Source: an uncultured Bacteroidales bacterium (GTDB taxonomy: Bacteria > Bacteroidota > Bacteroidia > Bacteroidales > UBA12077). Taken from it: a DNA stretch of 64,000 bases. The stretch is taken from NCBI GenBank assembly GCA_964461045.1, contig CAYWSJ010000001.1:1114-65113 (forward strand), in the 5' to 3' direction. Under the pieces are notes generated by a model. That model worked only from the letters and a program-made list of their open reading frames with translations. It had not been told where the DNA came from and did no database searches. The position numbers and the translations under genes are program-made. Shown here piece after piece: positions 18,591 through 27,558 of this stretch. Within the stretch, counting starts at the first letter, position 1. Each line of letters begins with the position of its first letter.

Positions 18591-20195
18591 TTATTCCTGT
18601 TCTTTATTTACAGGAATACTTTTTAAGCGTTTTTTATCTGTTTTTCCATGAGCTGTTTTGGGCAGCTCATCTAAGAACTCAATATATCTGGGAACACTGA
18701 ATGGTTCCAGGTTCTTAGCGCAGTGAAAAATGATTTTCTGACTATCTGGTTTAAAACCTTTGACAGGCACAACAAATGCTTTTATCGCCTGGCCCAGAAT
18801 TTCATCATCAACGCCAACCACAGCACATTCATTTATTCCTTCTACCTGGTTGATAATGTTTTCAACTTCTTTAGCGCTAATTCTCTCGCCCCGTGACTTA
18901 ATCATATCGTCTTTCCTCCCGATAAAATAAAGGTACCCTTCCTGGTCTGTTTTAAAATAGTCTCCGGTAAAGAGAAGTTTTTCACGGAAACCCAGTCCGG
19001 GCCTGAATGTTTTCGCTGTTAGTTCAGGCGCATTCCAATAACCCTGCATTACATTAGAACCTCTAACCACGAGTTCTCCTGTCTGCCCAGGCTTTACCGG
19101 TTCTTCGTTTTTATCTACAACAAAGACTTCACAATTGGGCATGGCTTTGCCCACCGAATCTGTCCGGTTGTCAATTTCTTCAGGGGGCAAATAAGCAATT
19201 CGCTTACACTCGGTTAGTCCGAACATGGAATAAATCTGAACATGGGGCATTAATTTTCTGAATCGTTTTATGTGTTCTGCCGGAAATGCAGCTCCTGTGT
19301 TGGAGATGTAACGTAATGTGCTTAAATCAAAGGATTTCAGATCAATTGTTTTAAAGATCATGGCCACAATTGTCGGAACAATAGGGAATCCGGTAACTTT
19401 CTCTTTGGCGACCAGGTTTAATACTTTGGTAAGGAAAATAAATGATCTTTCAAGGACGATCGTACCTCCGAACATGAAAGCCATAATAACCTGGTAAAGC
19501 CCATAGTCAAAGGACAGGGGTAAAGTGTTCAGAATAATATCGTCCGGAGTATTCCCCAGGTACTGAATGATGCTGCGTGCAGCAGAGATAATGTTGTAGT
19601 GCGATTCCATAACCCCTTTGGGTTCACCAGTTGATCCCGAAGTATAGATCAATCCTGCCAGATCAATATCCAATACCCGCCGGTTGGATATTTTCTGTAA
19701 ATCATAATGATTCAACTTGTATGATTTTCTGCCGAAGATTTTGGTCCAATGAAATGTTGATACATTTTCTTCAGCCGATGGGTTTATTTTATTTGGGCCA
19801 GTCCAGATTATCGTGCAGGAGATTGCATTTTTTCTTACTGCTTTAAGAACAATATTTTGTTTTCTTTCATCGGCCACGATAATCTTGGGTTTACAGTCGC
19901 CAATGATATAAGATAACTTTTGAAGCTGAACGACACTGTTTATGATAGTGAAAATTCCTCCGGCTTTCATTGCAGCATAAAAAGAAATGATTATCTCAGG
20001 AGAGTTGTCCATGTAAATTAAAACCCTGTCCTGTTTTTCCAGTCCATGGTTTATAAAAAATCTACTCAGAAAATTTACGCGGTTGAATATCTCCCTGTAC
20101 GTATAGCGTCTATCGGAAAAAATCAGCGCCTCTTTGCCCGGGTATTTTTTTGCCGACTCATCAAAATAATCGTATAATAAGGTTGCATGATTCAT
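18591..20195 (-). CDS. adenylate-forming (AMP-binding) ligase
   Basis: 534 aa. LIYTSGSTGEPKGV (A3), GELVVRG, GDYFKTDQEGYLYFIGRKDDMIKSRGERI (A7/A8), PKTAHGKTDKK (A10). Confidence 0.85.
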   Translation of the reverse strand: MNHATLLYDYFDESAKKYPGKEALIFSDRRYTYREIFNRVNFLSRFFINHGLEKQDRVLIYMDNSPEIIISFYAAMKAGGIFTIINSVVQLQKLSYIIGDCKPKIIVADERKQNIVLKAVRKNAISCTIIWTGPNKINPSAEENVSTFHWTKIFGRKSYKLNHYDLQKISNRRVLDIDLAGLIYTSGSTGEPKGVMESHYNIISAARSIIQYLGNTPDDIILNTLPLSFDYGLYQVIMAFMFGGTIVLERSFIFLTKVLNLVAKEKVTGFPIVPTIVAMIFKTIDLKSFDLSTLRYISNTGAAFPAEHIKRFRKLMPHVQIYSMFGLTECKRIAYLPPEEIDNRTDSVGKAMPNCEVFVVDKNEEPVKPGQTGELVVRGSNVMQGYWNAPELTAKTFRPGLGFREKLLFTGDYFKTDQEGYLYFIGRKDDMIKSRGERISAKEVENIINQVEGINECAVVGVDDEILGQAIKAFVVPVKGFKPDSQKIIFHCAKNLEPFSVPRYIEFLDELPKTAHGKTDKKRLKSIPVNKEQE

Positions 20196-20219
20196 AATTC
20201 TGCAATTTTTTGTAATGAA

Positions 20220-21248
20220 TTATAATACAGTTGCTTCATTGAATTTATCTGTCTCCAGGTCTTTTTCATGGTAGATGATAGATTCCCTTCTCAGATAATC
20301 AGTTGTTTGCTGTTTTCTTCTGAATGAATTGAAGATATTTTTAACAGCCTCAGGAGTTTTGTTTAACAGGTTTGCTACGTTCTCCGGTTCATAATTATTT
20401 TCGTAAGCATACCATAATAAATCCATCTCTTTAAAGGGCAGTTGGAAGAAAAACTCTTCCTGTGTTTGTTCTGCAGAGTAAGTGTCTGTAGTGGGTGTTC
20501 GCTTAATGATCTCTTTGGGGATTTCCAGGTGTTCTGCGAGCTGATACACCTGGGTTTTATACAGGTGTCCAATCGCCATGATATCAACACCGCCATCGCC
20601 ATGCTTAACAAAAAAACCCTGGTTGATTTCCTGCTTGTTTGAAGTACCGATAACCGCATAATGAAGTTTTTCAGCATAATAGTAAAGCATACACATTCGG
20701 GTTCTCTGCTTAAAGTTAGAGGCAGCCATAATCTCCAGAAATTCAGGTGCAGGTAGCTTTTTCTTGTTCTCATTACCATTTTCAGCAACAAGGGTTATGT
20801 AAAATACAGAGGGGAGTGTGGTTTCAATCAATGATTCGTTCAAGCCTATTTTAAATTTGTGTTTTTTGGGATTATATCCGGGAAAGAGTCTTTTAACGGC
20901 AGCATCTCTCCTGGGATAACACTGAAAACCCTGTAACGCCTCAGTAATGTCTTCAATATAATAATCAACCCGTAATTTTTTGGCCAGTTTTTCGGCTAGT
21001 TTGACACTATCCGGACTGGAATCTTTTTCCGGCAGCATGAGGGCTGTAACATTTTTGCTGCCCAGCGCACGAACTGTCAGTGCAAGTGTTACTGAAGAGT
21101 CTATCCCTCCGCTTATTCCTATAACACCACCTTTCCTTCGGAGCCGGCGGTGTACATCCTCTTTTATTTTCTTACACAAATTCTCAATGTATGTATTAAC
21201 ATTGTCGATTTTTAATATATCCTGGGTGAAAGGTTTTGTTGTATACAT
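20220..21248 (-). CDS. NAD-synthetase-family PP-loop ATP pyrophosphatase (NadE-like), in an EPS context
   Basis: 342 aa. GVIGISGGIDSSV PP-loop, later NFKQRTRM and GTSNKQE motifs typical of NH3-dependent NadE. Sits inside the decoration operon. Confidence 0.65.
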   Translation of the reverse strand: MYTTKPFTQDILKIDNVNTYIENLCKKIKEDVHRRLRRKGGVIGISGGIDSSVTLALTVRALGSKNVTALMLPEKDSSPDSVKLAEKLAKKLRVDYYIEDITEALQGFQCYPRRDAAVKRLFPGYNPKKHKFKIGLNESLIETTLPSVFYITLVAENGNENKKKLPAPEFLEIMAASNFKQRTRMCMLYYYAEKLHYAVIGTSNKQEINQGFFVKHGDGGVDIMAIGHLYKTQVYQLAEHLEIPKEIIKRTPTTDTYSAEQTQEEFFFQLPFKEMDLLWYAYENNYEPENVANLLNKTPEAVKNIFNSFRRKQQTTDYLRRESIIYHEKDLETDKFNEATVL

Positions 21249-21291
21249 AATTTTTGGGTTTTAAATTATTACTACACTTAAAAAGCCAGCG

Positions 21292-23265
21292 TTAAATGCT
21301 GATTTCTTTTTTAATATTCAATTTTTCCACAGGAGCCTTCTCTTTGGAAAAATTGCGAATAAACTGGTCATACAATAGTTGAGTCGATACAATACCAATT
21401 AGAGCCATATCGTTTACCTCTGAGATATTCTGACCCAGAGTATACTTTTGTTTCAGCCATTGTATCTTAATAGGATCGAAAATTCCAAAATCTTTGATCA
21501 TGCTGGGGCATAAAATAGCTTTTATTGCTTTCGATACTTTTGATTTGTTTACCATATGTGAAACCGGCGCTCTGTATGCCTGTTTTGGACGCTTAATGAT
21601 GCTTTCGGGAATTTTTTGGTTCATAATCTTTTTTAAAATATATTTTTCCGACAGACCATTGAGCTTTAAGTCTGCAGGCAAGGAGGCAGCATACTCAATA
21701 ATCCGGTGGTCAAGGAAAGGATAGCGACCTTCGACAGAATTTGCCATGGCCATTCTGTCTCCCTGCGATGACAAAAGATAACCCGACATAAACATGTTTA
21801 TCTCCAGCCATTGTGCTTTGGCTAAGGGTGTCCATGAATTAAAAGTGTCAGGCAGAAGGCCATTCACCTCTTCAAACGGGTCGTAGTTGTTGCTATTACA
21901 GAGAAATTCCTGGGAAAGAAAATTCTTAATCCTTGAAGTATTATTCCAGCGAATTAAATGAGAATAGTAGGGAGAAGAGGTTTCTTCCAGCTGAAACCCG
22001 AAGAATAATTTAAGCATTCCAGGGCTGGCTGATTTAATGTATGGAATATAGGGATACAATTTTTTGAGCAGGAGAGGTCTGAATTTGGAATCAGGATGTT
22101 TGGCCCAGAAGTGTCTTATGATTGTTTCTTTAAAAATATTGTATCCAGCAAGCATTTCATCAGCACCTTCTCCGGTGATTACTACCTTTATGCCATTTTC
22201 TCTTACCAAACGGGAAAGAAAGTACATTGGCGCAGGTGCTGTACGTATTACCGGAGTTTCTGTATGCCAGATAATCCTGCCAAAATGTTCAGTAATGTCA
22301 TTGTTTTCGCAAACAAATCGTTTATGAGTTGTATCCAGGAATTTCGAAGCTTCATTCTGATAATTTGTTTCATCATATTGTGCTTCTTTAAAACCAATGG
22401 AGAAGGTTTGAAGATTTTGTGGCTGTAAGTCTTTTATCATGCACGTTGTGGCCGTAGAGTCCAGTCCGCCACTTAGATAAGCTGCTACAGGAACGTCGGA
22501 GCGTAAACGTAACCGGATGGCATCATAAAGCAACTCCCCAAATTCCTTTTGTGCTTTTTCCGGGGAAGTTTCTTTAACAGATGAAAAAGAGAGTTCCCAG
22601 TACCGTCTAATTGTTAGCTTGCCTTTACTGAGTTTCAGATAATGCCCCGGGGGCAGTTCAAATACATTTTTAAAAACGGTATTTGGACTTACCGGGGTCC
22701 AAAAGGTAAAAATTTGAATAAGCGCCTTGTTATTAATTTCTCTTGGTAACCCGGGAAATTCAAACAACGATTTAACTTCTGAAGCGAAAAGAAAATTTCC
22801 TTTTTGGTATGTGTAAAAAAGTGGTCTTATTCCCACGCGATCCCTGGCGAGGAAGAGCTCGTGCGTTTTTTTGTCCCAGATGGCAAAGGCAAACTGTCCA
22901 TTGAGTTTGGTAAGGCATGATTCGCCGTAAACTGCATAAAGTTGTACCAAGACCTCTGTGTCCGACTTCGTTTTAAACCAATAACCCTTTTTTTCGAGTT
23001 CTTCCCTTAATTCAATATAATTAAAGATCTCCCCGTTAAAAACGATCCAGTATCTCTCTGATTGATCACAAACAGGCTGGGTCCCGCCTTGCAGGTCTAT
23101 AATGTTTAACCTGACATTACCCATTAAGAGATTCTTTCCAGTTACAATACCACATTCATCAGGGCCGCGGTAGTGAATCCTGGCCAACATCCTTTTGAGT
23201 GTATCATGGAATGAAGGAATCCTTAAAGAAGGACTATAAATACCTGCAATACCACACATTTTCAA
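21292..23265 (-). CDS. asnB: asparagine synthase family glutamine amidotransferase (AsnB-type)
   Basis: 657 aa. N-terminal MCGIAGIY (Ntn Cys2) and AYLSGGLDST PP-loop in the synthetase domain. The asnB symbol marks family membership only: the operon context suggests polysaccharide amidation rather than Asn synthesis. Confidence 0.85.
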   Translation of the reverse strand: MKMCGIAGIYSPSLRIPSFHDTLKRMLARIHYRGPDECGIVTGKNLLMGNVRLNIIDLQGGTQPVCDQSERYWIVFNGEIFNYIELREELEKKGYWFKTKSDTEVLVQLYAVYGESCLTKLNGQFAFAIWDKKTHELFLARDRVGIRPLFYTYQKGNFLFASEVKSLFEFPGLPREINNKALIQIFTFWTPVSPNTVFKNVFELPPGHYLKLSKGKLTIRRYWELSFSSVKETSPEKAQKEFGELLYDAIRLRLRSDVPVAAYLSGGLDSTATTCMIKDLQPQNLQTFSIGFKEAQYDETNYQNEASKFLDTTHKRFVCENNDITEHFGRIIWHTETPVIRTAPAPMYFLSRLVRENGIKVVITGEGADEMLAGYNIFKETIIRHFWAKHPDSKFRPLLLKKLYPYIPYIKSASPGMLKLFFGFQLEETSSPYYSHLIRWNNTSRIKNFLSQEFLCNSNNYDPFEEVNGLLPDTFNSWTPLAKAQWLEINMFMSGYLLSSQGDRMAMANSVEGRYPFLDHRIIEYAASLPADLKLNGLSEKYILKKIMNQKIPESIIKRPKQAYRAPVSHMVNKSKVSKAIKAILCPSMIKDFGIFDPIKIQWLKQKYTLGQNISEVNDMALIGIVSTQLLYDQFIRNFSKEKAPVEKLNIKKEISI

Positions 23266-23272
23266 ATGAAGT

Positions 23273-23557
23273 TTAAGTTTTAACAGACTGTTTTTGCTTT
23301 ACGTAATCGGCTATGGCGTTAACAGATTCGAAGTTTTCCTCTATGAAATCTTTGTCCTCTGTTTTAACGTCAAATTCGTCTTCAAGAAAGGTGATTAATG
23401 TGATAAAACCCATAGAATCAAAAAATCCTTCTTTAAAGATTAAAGTATCAAATTCAATATCCGCGGGGTCCGAATAAGTATTATCTGAAATGAACTTATA
23501 AACCTTCTCCTTAATATAGTTTTCAGTTATCATCTTTTTAGTTATTTGATTAAACAA
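23273..23557 (-). CDS. acyl/aminoacyl carrier protein (phosphopantetheine-binding)
   Basis: 94 aa, acidic. GFFDSMGFITLITFLEDEF fits the carrier-protein Ser attachment motif. First gene of the operon. Confidence 0.7.
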   Translation of the reverse strand: MFNQITKKMITENYIKEKVYKFISDNTYSDPADIEFDTLIFKEGFFDSMGFITLITFLEDEFDVKTEDKDFIEENFESVNAIADYVKQKQSVKT

Positions 23558-23721
23558 TTATTTTTCTCTTGCTAATTATACGGCTATTAACTAATTTATT
23601 GAGTCTATCAATAATACAAATTATGAAGAATTCCAATAAAAGTCAATAGAATAAACCTCTATTATTTAGGAAGGTATATTTTGGATGAATTATTTATTAT
23701 TTTTTAGATTTTCCTCACAAA

Positions 23722-25134
23722 TTAATATGTTGATTTGGAAGAGAAAATATCGGAGCAAAACTCTTTTGCACCGATATCCACTGCCTCTCCACAATAGTTT
23801 AATGAAAGATTCCAATTGGTAAGTTTGTTACAACCTTTATCAATGCAAGGGGAAGATTTTACCAGGTTAAAATTATTGTCTGGATTATTCTCAAATAATG
23901 GATCACAAAAAATTGAGTGCTTCCCATTTCCCGTTGCAAAAGTGAACCATACCAAACTTCCGTAGCCATCGAATAATTTATTTGGCTTAGGGATAAAATA
24001 ACAGTTGTAGTTTTCAGTAAATGGCTTTTTAAGATATATCATATGGTTTTTGATTGAACTGGCATAAAAAATATTGTTGAGTATGTGTACATTTTGAGCA
24101 TTCAGCGCCACCGGATTATTCCAGAATGTATTATTGACGACAACTCCATTATGTGTATTTATTAACCACATACCTATTTCGTTTTCTGTCAGGATATTTT
24201 TGAAAAGTTTTATGTTTTTAGCATGACTGTATATTCCGCAAGGACTATGAGACAACAGGTTGTAACAGACCCTTATTGAGTCTGTTCCAAAGCCAAGGTA
24301 AATACATGCTCCTCCGCTGCCTTTCAGAGAAGGGCCTTTTAGTTGGTTGCCCATGATCATACCTTTTTTTGAATTATTGGCAACCACACAGAACTTATTT
24401 CCGGTATCTGTGCGGTCTATATTACAGTTGCTTACAGTAAATCCGGAACAATTCTCAAGTTGTATTCCGTCACCGGAAGCCTGTAGTTCTGCTTTGCCCA
24501 ATGTGTACCACTTTTGATTTACTTTATTGACCTGACAGGAGTCAATTTTCAATCTGTTTATATTTTGTGCATAGATGCCATCATCTCCGGTGTTGGATAT
24601 TTTGCACGATATAATGTTTATGTTATGTATATGCTCCTGATTTTCCTGCCCCATTAAACGTATACCCCACATAGCCCTGGTAAAGTTGCAATTCCGGACG
24701 CAGATATCTTTCGAATTTCCCATAACACGAATGCAATAGATACTATTACTTTTGCCGTTTATGTGAATGTCTTTTATTGTAATGTTTTTTGAACTATTGA
24801 TATTAATTGGCTTTTCTACATATTTTGTGTTTATTACAGGACTATTTCCTTCTCCATAAGTTTCAATTCTTATACTGGTTTTACTGTTAAAATTTATAGG
24901 ACGATGTAAAATAAGTATTGTGGAGCGTTTAATATAGTATGTTGCATTGGAAACAAGTTTTATCTCGTCCAGGCTGTTGTAGGGATTTTTTATTGTTCCA
25001 TTTCTTCCTAAATTTGTATTTCCAGGGTCAATATAGATTTTTTTATTCGCCCCTTCTGTCTGATAAGAAAAAAGGAGAAAAATAAATACAATAGCATACC
25101 TCAAATTCAATTTTTCTTTAATTATAAAATTCAT
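23722..25134 (-). CDS. secreted right-handed parallel beta-helix repeat protein
   Basis: 470 aa. Signal/anchor YAIVFIFLLFSYQTEG. Repeated ~22-aa N/G/I-rich coils (IISCKISNTGDDGIYAQN, VSNCNIDRT..). The N-terminus is paralogous to that of 31894..35274. Confidence 0.65.
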   Translation of the reverse strand: MNFIIKEKLNLRYAIVFIFLLFSYQTEGANKKIYIDPGNTNLGRNGTIKNPYNSLDEIKLVSNATYYIKRSTILILHRPINFNSKTSIRIETYGEGNSPVINTKYVEKPININSSKNITIKDIHINGKSNSIYCIRVMGNSKDICVRNCNFTRAMWGIRLMGQENQEHIHNINIISCKISNTGDDGIYAQNINRLKIDSCQVNKVNQKWYTLGKAELQASGDGIQLENCSGFTVSNCNIDRTDTGNKFCVVANNSKKGMIMGNQLKGPSLKGSGGACIYLGFGTDSIRVCYNLLSHSPCGIYSHAKNIKLFKNILTENEIGMWLINTHNGVVVNNTFWNNPVALNAQNVHILNNIFYASSIKNHMIYLKKPFTENYNCYFIPKPNKLFDGYGSLVWFTFATGNGKHSIFCDPLFENNPDNNFNLVKSSPCIDKGCNKLTNWNLSLNYCGEAVDIGAKEFCSDIFSSKSTY

Positions 25135-25149
25135 TTGTTTTATTCTATA

Positions 25150-26355
25150 TTATTTTACATGATTTAATCTTATTATTTTTTTAATATTCTGGCGTAATCC
25201 ATAAGGAACCTTTTTGCGAAAATTTTGTGCAAGCGGATATATATATTTATTTCCCAGGAATTTTGATACTTTGTTAATTGGATAATTTTTCTCTTTAGCA
25301 AGAACGAGAATTTCTTTACCCAATGGATCTTTATCATATAAAAGCGATTCTATGTATGCTCTTTTTATTCTGTTAAATCTATTGATATCAAATACCTCTT
25401 TGTAAAGATGTTGCAAGCCCAGTATCTCTAATGTCAAGAGTGTACGTGCACATTTGAAGCACACAGAACAGTTCCTCACATTTTCCAGTGTTGTATCGGT
25501 GCAAACATAGAGATGACGGTAAGAAGGTTTTAGCTTCGCAACTTGCTCAGTCTTTTCAACCCTTGTATAATTGGAACCCACCATGATGCAGTCCAGAGAT
25601 TCTGTAGAGTATAATGAGTGAGTCAAAGGTTCTGTATACCCTATTTTATATATGTCGGAAGTAAGAAAATTACCGTAGGTATAACCCGAGGCATAAAGGT
25701 ATTTGGAAAACATTTTCTGTAGAACCATAACAGATGCTACATTTCTTGGCAGAACAGAGAGAAGAAAACTTGAATCAATAATATCATAAAGATTCGAATT
25801 GACTTTAATAAATGGTAACTCATATTCTTCTGCAAATTTTTCCAAATGGTAATAACGCTTATGGAAGAAAACGGAAGCATTGCTGCCATGAGCACCTACG
25901 TTATTGTAAATCAGATGTGTAACCTTATAATGAGGAGGTACATTATGATTGAAATAGTAATCACTTAAGACACTAAATGAATCAATCCCTCCTGAAAATC
26001 CTGTTACTACATTTTGAGTATCTGTATTTAATAAATTCCCGTTAAAATCCTCAGGAAATATCTTTATCTCATGGAACATAGGATCTAAAAAGGTGTAAAT
26101 ATTCACTATATTATTTGTCAGGTTGTAATAAAGCTTCTCAGATACCGGTCCATCAAGATAAATATCTTCATTAAGCTTCATTGCATGCACAAAAAGACCA
26201 ATTAGAAATGCATCAAGCGTTTCGTCTGAAACATAATCTTCATAGACCTTGTTAACTGCAAACCAAACCCTGGCTGAGCCTTCATGTGTTTCTACTTTTG
26301 AAGTAAGCTTAACCTGGTCTCCTTTTACGGATTTTTCTATCTTGTTGATTTTCAT
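25150..26355 (-). CDS. uncharacterised PP-loop (adenine nucleotide alpha-hydrolase-like) protein
   Basis: 401 aa. VVTGFSGGIDSFSV matches the SGGxDS PP-loop; C-terminal Cys cluster NCSVCFKCARTL. No closer family recognised. Confidence 0.5.
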   Translation of the reverse strand: MKINKIEKSVKGDQVKLTSKVETHEGSARVWFAVNKVYEDYVSDETLDAFLIGLFVHAMKLNEDIYLDGPVSEKLYYNLTNNIVNIYTFLDPMFHEIKIFPEDFNGNLLNTDTQNVVTGFSGGIDSFSVLSDYYFNHNVPPHYKVTHLIYNNVGAHGSNASVFFHKRYYHLEKFAEEYELPFIKVNSNLYDIIDSSFLLSVLPRNVASVMVLQKMFSKYLYASGYTYGNFLTSDIYKIGYTEPLTHSLYSTESLDCIMVGSNYTRVEKTEQVAKLKPSYRHLYVCTDTTLENVRNCSVCFKCARTLLTLEILGLQHLYKEVFDINRFNRIKRAYIESLLYDKDPLGKEILVLAKEKNYPINKVSKFLGNKYIYPLAQNFRKKVPYGLRQNIKKIIRLNHVK

Positions 26356-26498
26356 TTTAATTTATTTTAGTGATAGAAACAACAATAGGTTTACTAAACC
26401 ATTTATTTAACTAAATACATTCTTATAAAGGTGGTTACTGATTAAACAATAGCACTTCAATAATATGGGCCACTCAAGCTACCTTACTCGCTTATTTA

Positions 26499-26529
26499 TT
26501 AACACTTGATTTTCAGCAACAAGTGTTAA
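26499..26529. promoter_or_regulatory. perfect 10-bp inverted repeat in a divergent intergenic region
   Basis: ttaacacttg (26499-26508) / caagtgttaa (26520-26529) with an 11-nt spacer, between divergent genes 25150..26355(-) and 26736..27545(+). Confidence 0.25.
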
Positions 26530-26735
26530 GCTTTTCCTGTTAAAAAAATAAAAAGTATAAAAGACAAAATAGTACTTTTTTTTATAAAAATCAATATAAC
26601 GGACTGATTATTTGGGGATAAATTTTAAAAAATAACTACAATTGCAGGTTAAATCCATATTCGTTATTGTTTTTTTCGTACCTTTAGTTTAGAAAGTTTT
26701 AGTTTAATTAACCCAATTGAATAAAACCATCTTCT

Positions 26736-27545
26736 GTGTCATGCAGACTTATAGCAATGAATAAATATGATGGTTTTATGGCAAAAAAAACAAAACTTAA
26801 ATCTATAAAGGCTATGAAGAAATTAATTTTTGTATTAGGAACAGGGCGTTCCGGGACTCATTTACTGGGTCGGACAATAAGCAGCCATCCTCTTATAGAA
26901 GGCCATATCGAAGATCCTGAATATTTTCATCCCGCTGTTAATATTGCTGTAAAGCAGGATATAAGTTATAACTTTTACAATAGAATTCAGAAATACAGAC
27001 TTGTAAAAAAATACAAACAATTGCTGAAGAAATCTGCCGGTGAATATATTCTGGATAAGACCCATCCTGTAATCTGGTATGCCGAATACTTAATGAAGAA
27101 AATTCCTGGTTCATTATTTGTTGGTATTATAAGAAATCCCTATCAAACTGTAAGCAGTATGTTGAATCATTCGGGTGTTCTGGAATGGTACGCTAAACTG
27201 CCCCAGGATAAACCTAACCGTTTTTTGGGCATTACAGAAGAAAACAAATCTTTTTTTAAAGATTTGCCACTGGAAACAAAATGTGCTTATCGCTGGCTTT
27301 CGCATAAAAGGGAACTACAAAGGCTTCAGGGTGTTCTGAAGGACCGGTATGTGTTATTTGATTACGATAACTTTTTAGAAAATCTGAATGAAAACCTTGA
27401 AAAGTTAAGCCAGTTTCTGAAAATAAGCAACCAATTTAATCCGGAACACCTGAAAACTGAAAGTCTTGATAAATGGAAAACGTTTCTTAATGGGGTACAG
27501 ATCAGAAATATTGATTCTGTTACACAGGAAATTCCAGTAGCATAG
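26736..27545 (+). CDS. sulfotransferase family protein
   Basis: VLGTGRSGTHLL (5'-PSB P-loop) and GIIRNPYQTVSS (3'-PB motif). The track start is GTG 26736; ATG 26814 (MKKLIFVLGTGRSG) is the more likely start. Confidence 0.7.
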   Translation: MSCRLIAMNKYDGFMAKKTKLKSIKAMKKLIFVLGTGRSGTHLLGRTISSHPLIEGHIEDPEYFHPAVNIAVKQDISYNFYNRIQKYRLVKKYKQLLKKSAGEYILDKTHPVIWYAEYLMKKIPGSLFVGIIRNPYQTVSSMLNHSGVLEWYAKLPQDKPNRFLGITEENKSFFKDLPLETKCAYRWLSHKRELQRLQGVLKDRYVLFDYDNFLENLNENLEKLSQFLKISNQFNPEHLKTESLDKWKTFLNGVQIRNIDSVTQEIPVA

Positions 27546-27558
27546 AAATGTTTGGTTA

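Noticed and set aside
20375-20791. 138-aa minus-strand ORF in an alternative frame inside the NadE-like gene.
   Set aside because: It is fully nested in a gene with clear PP-loop/NadE motifs, and the alternative frame has no recognisable features.
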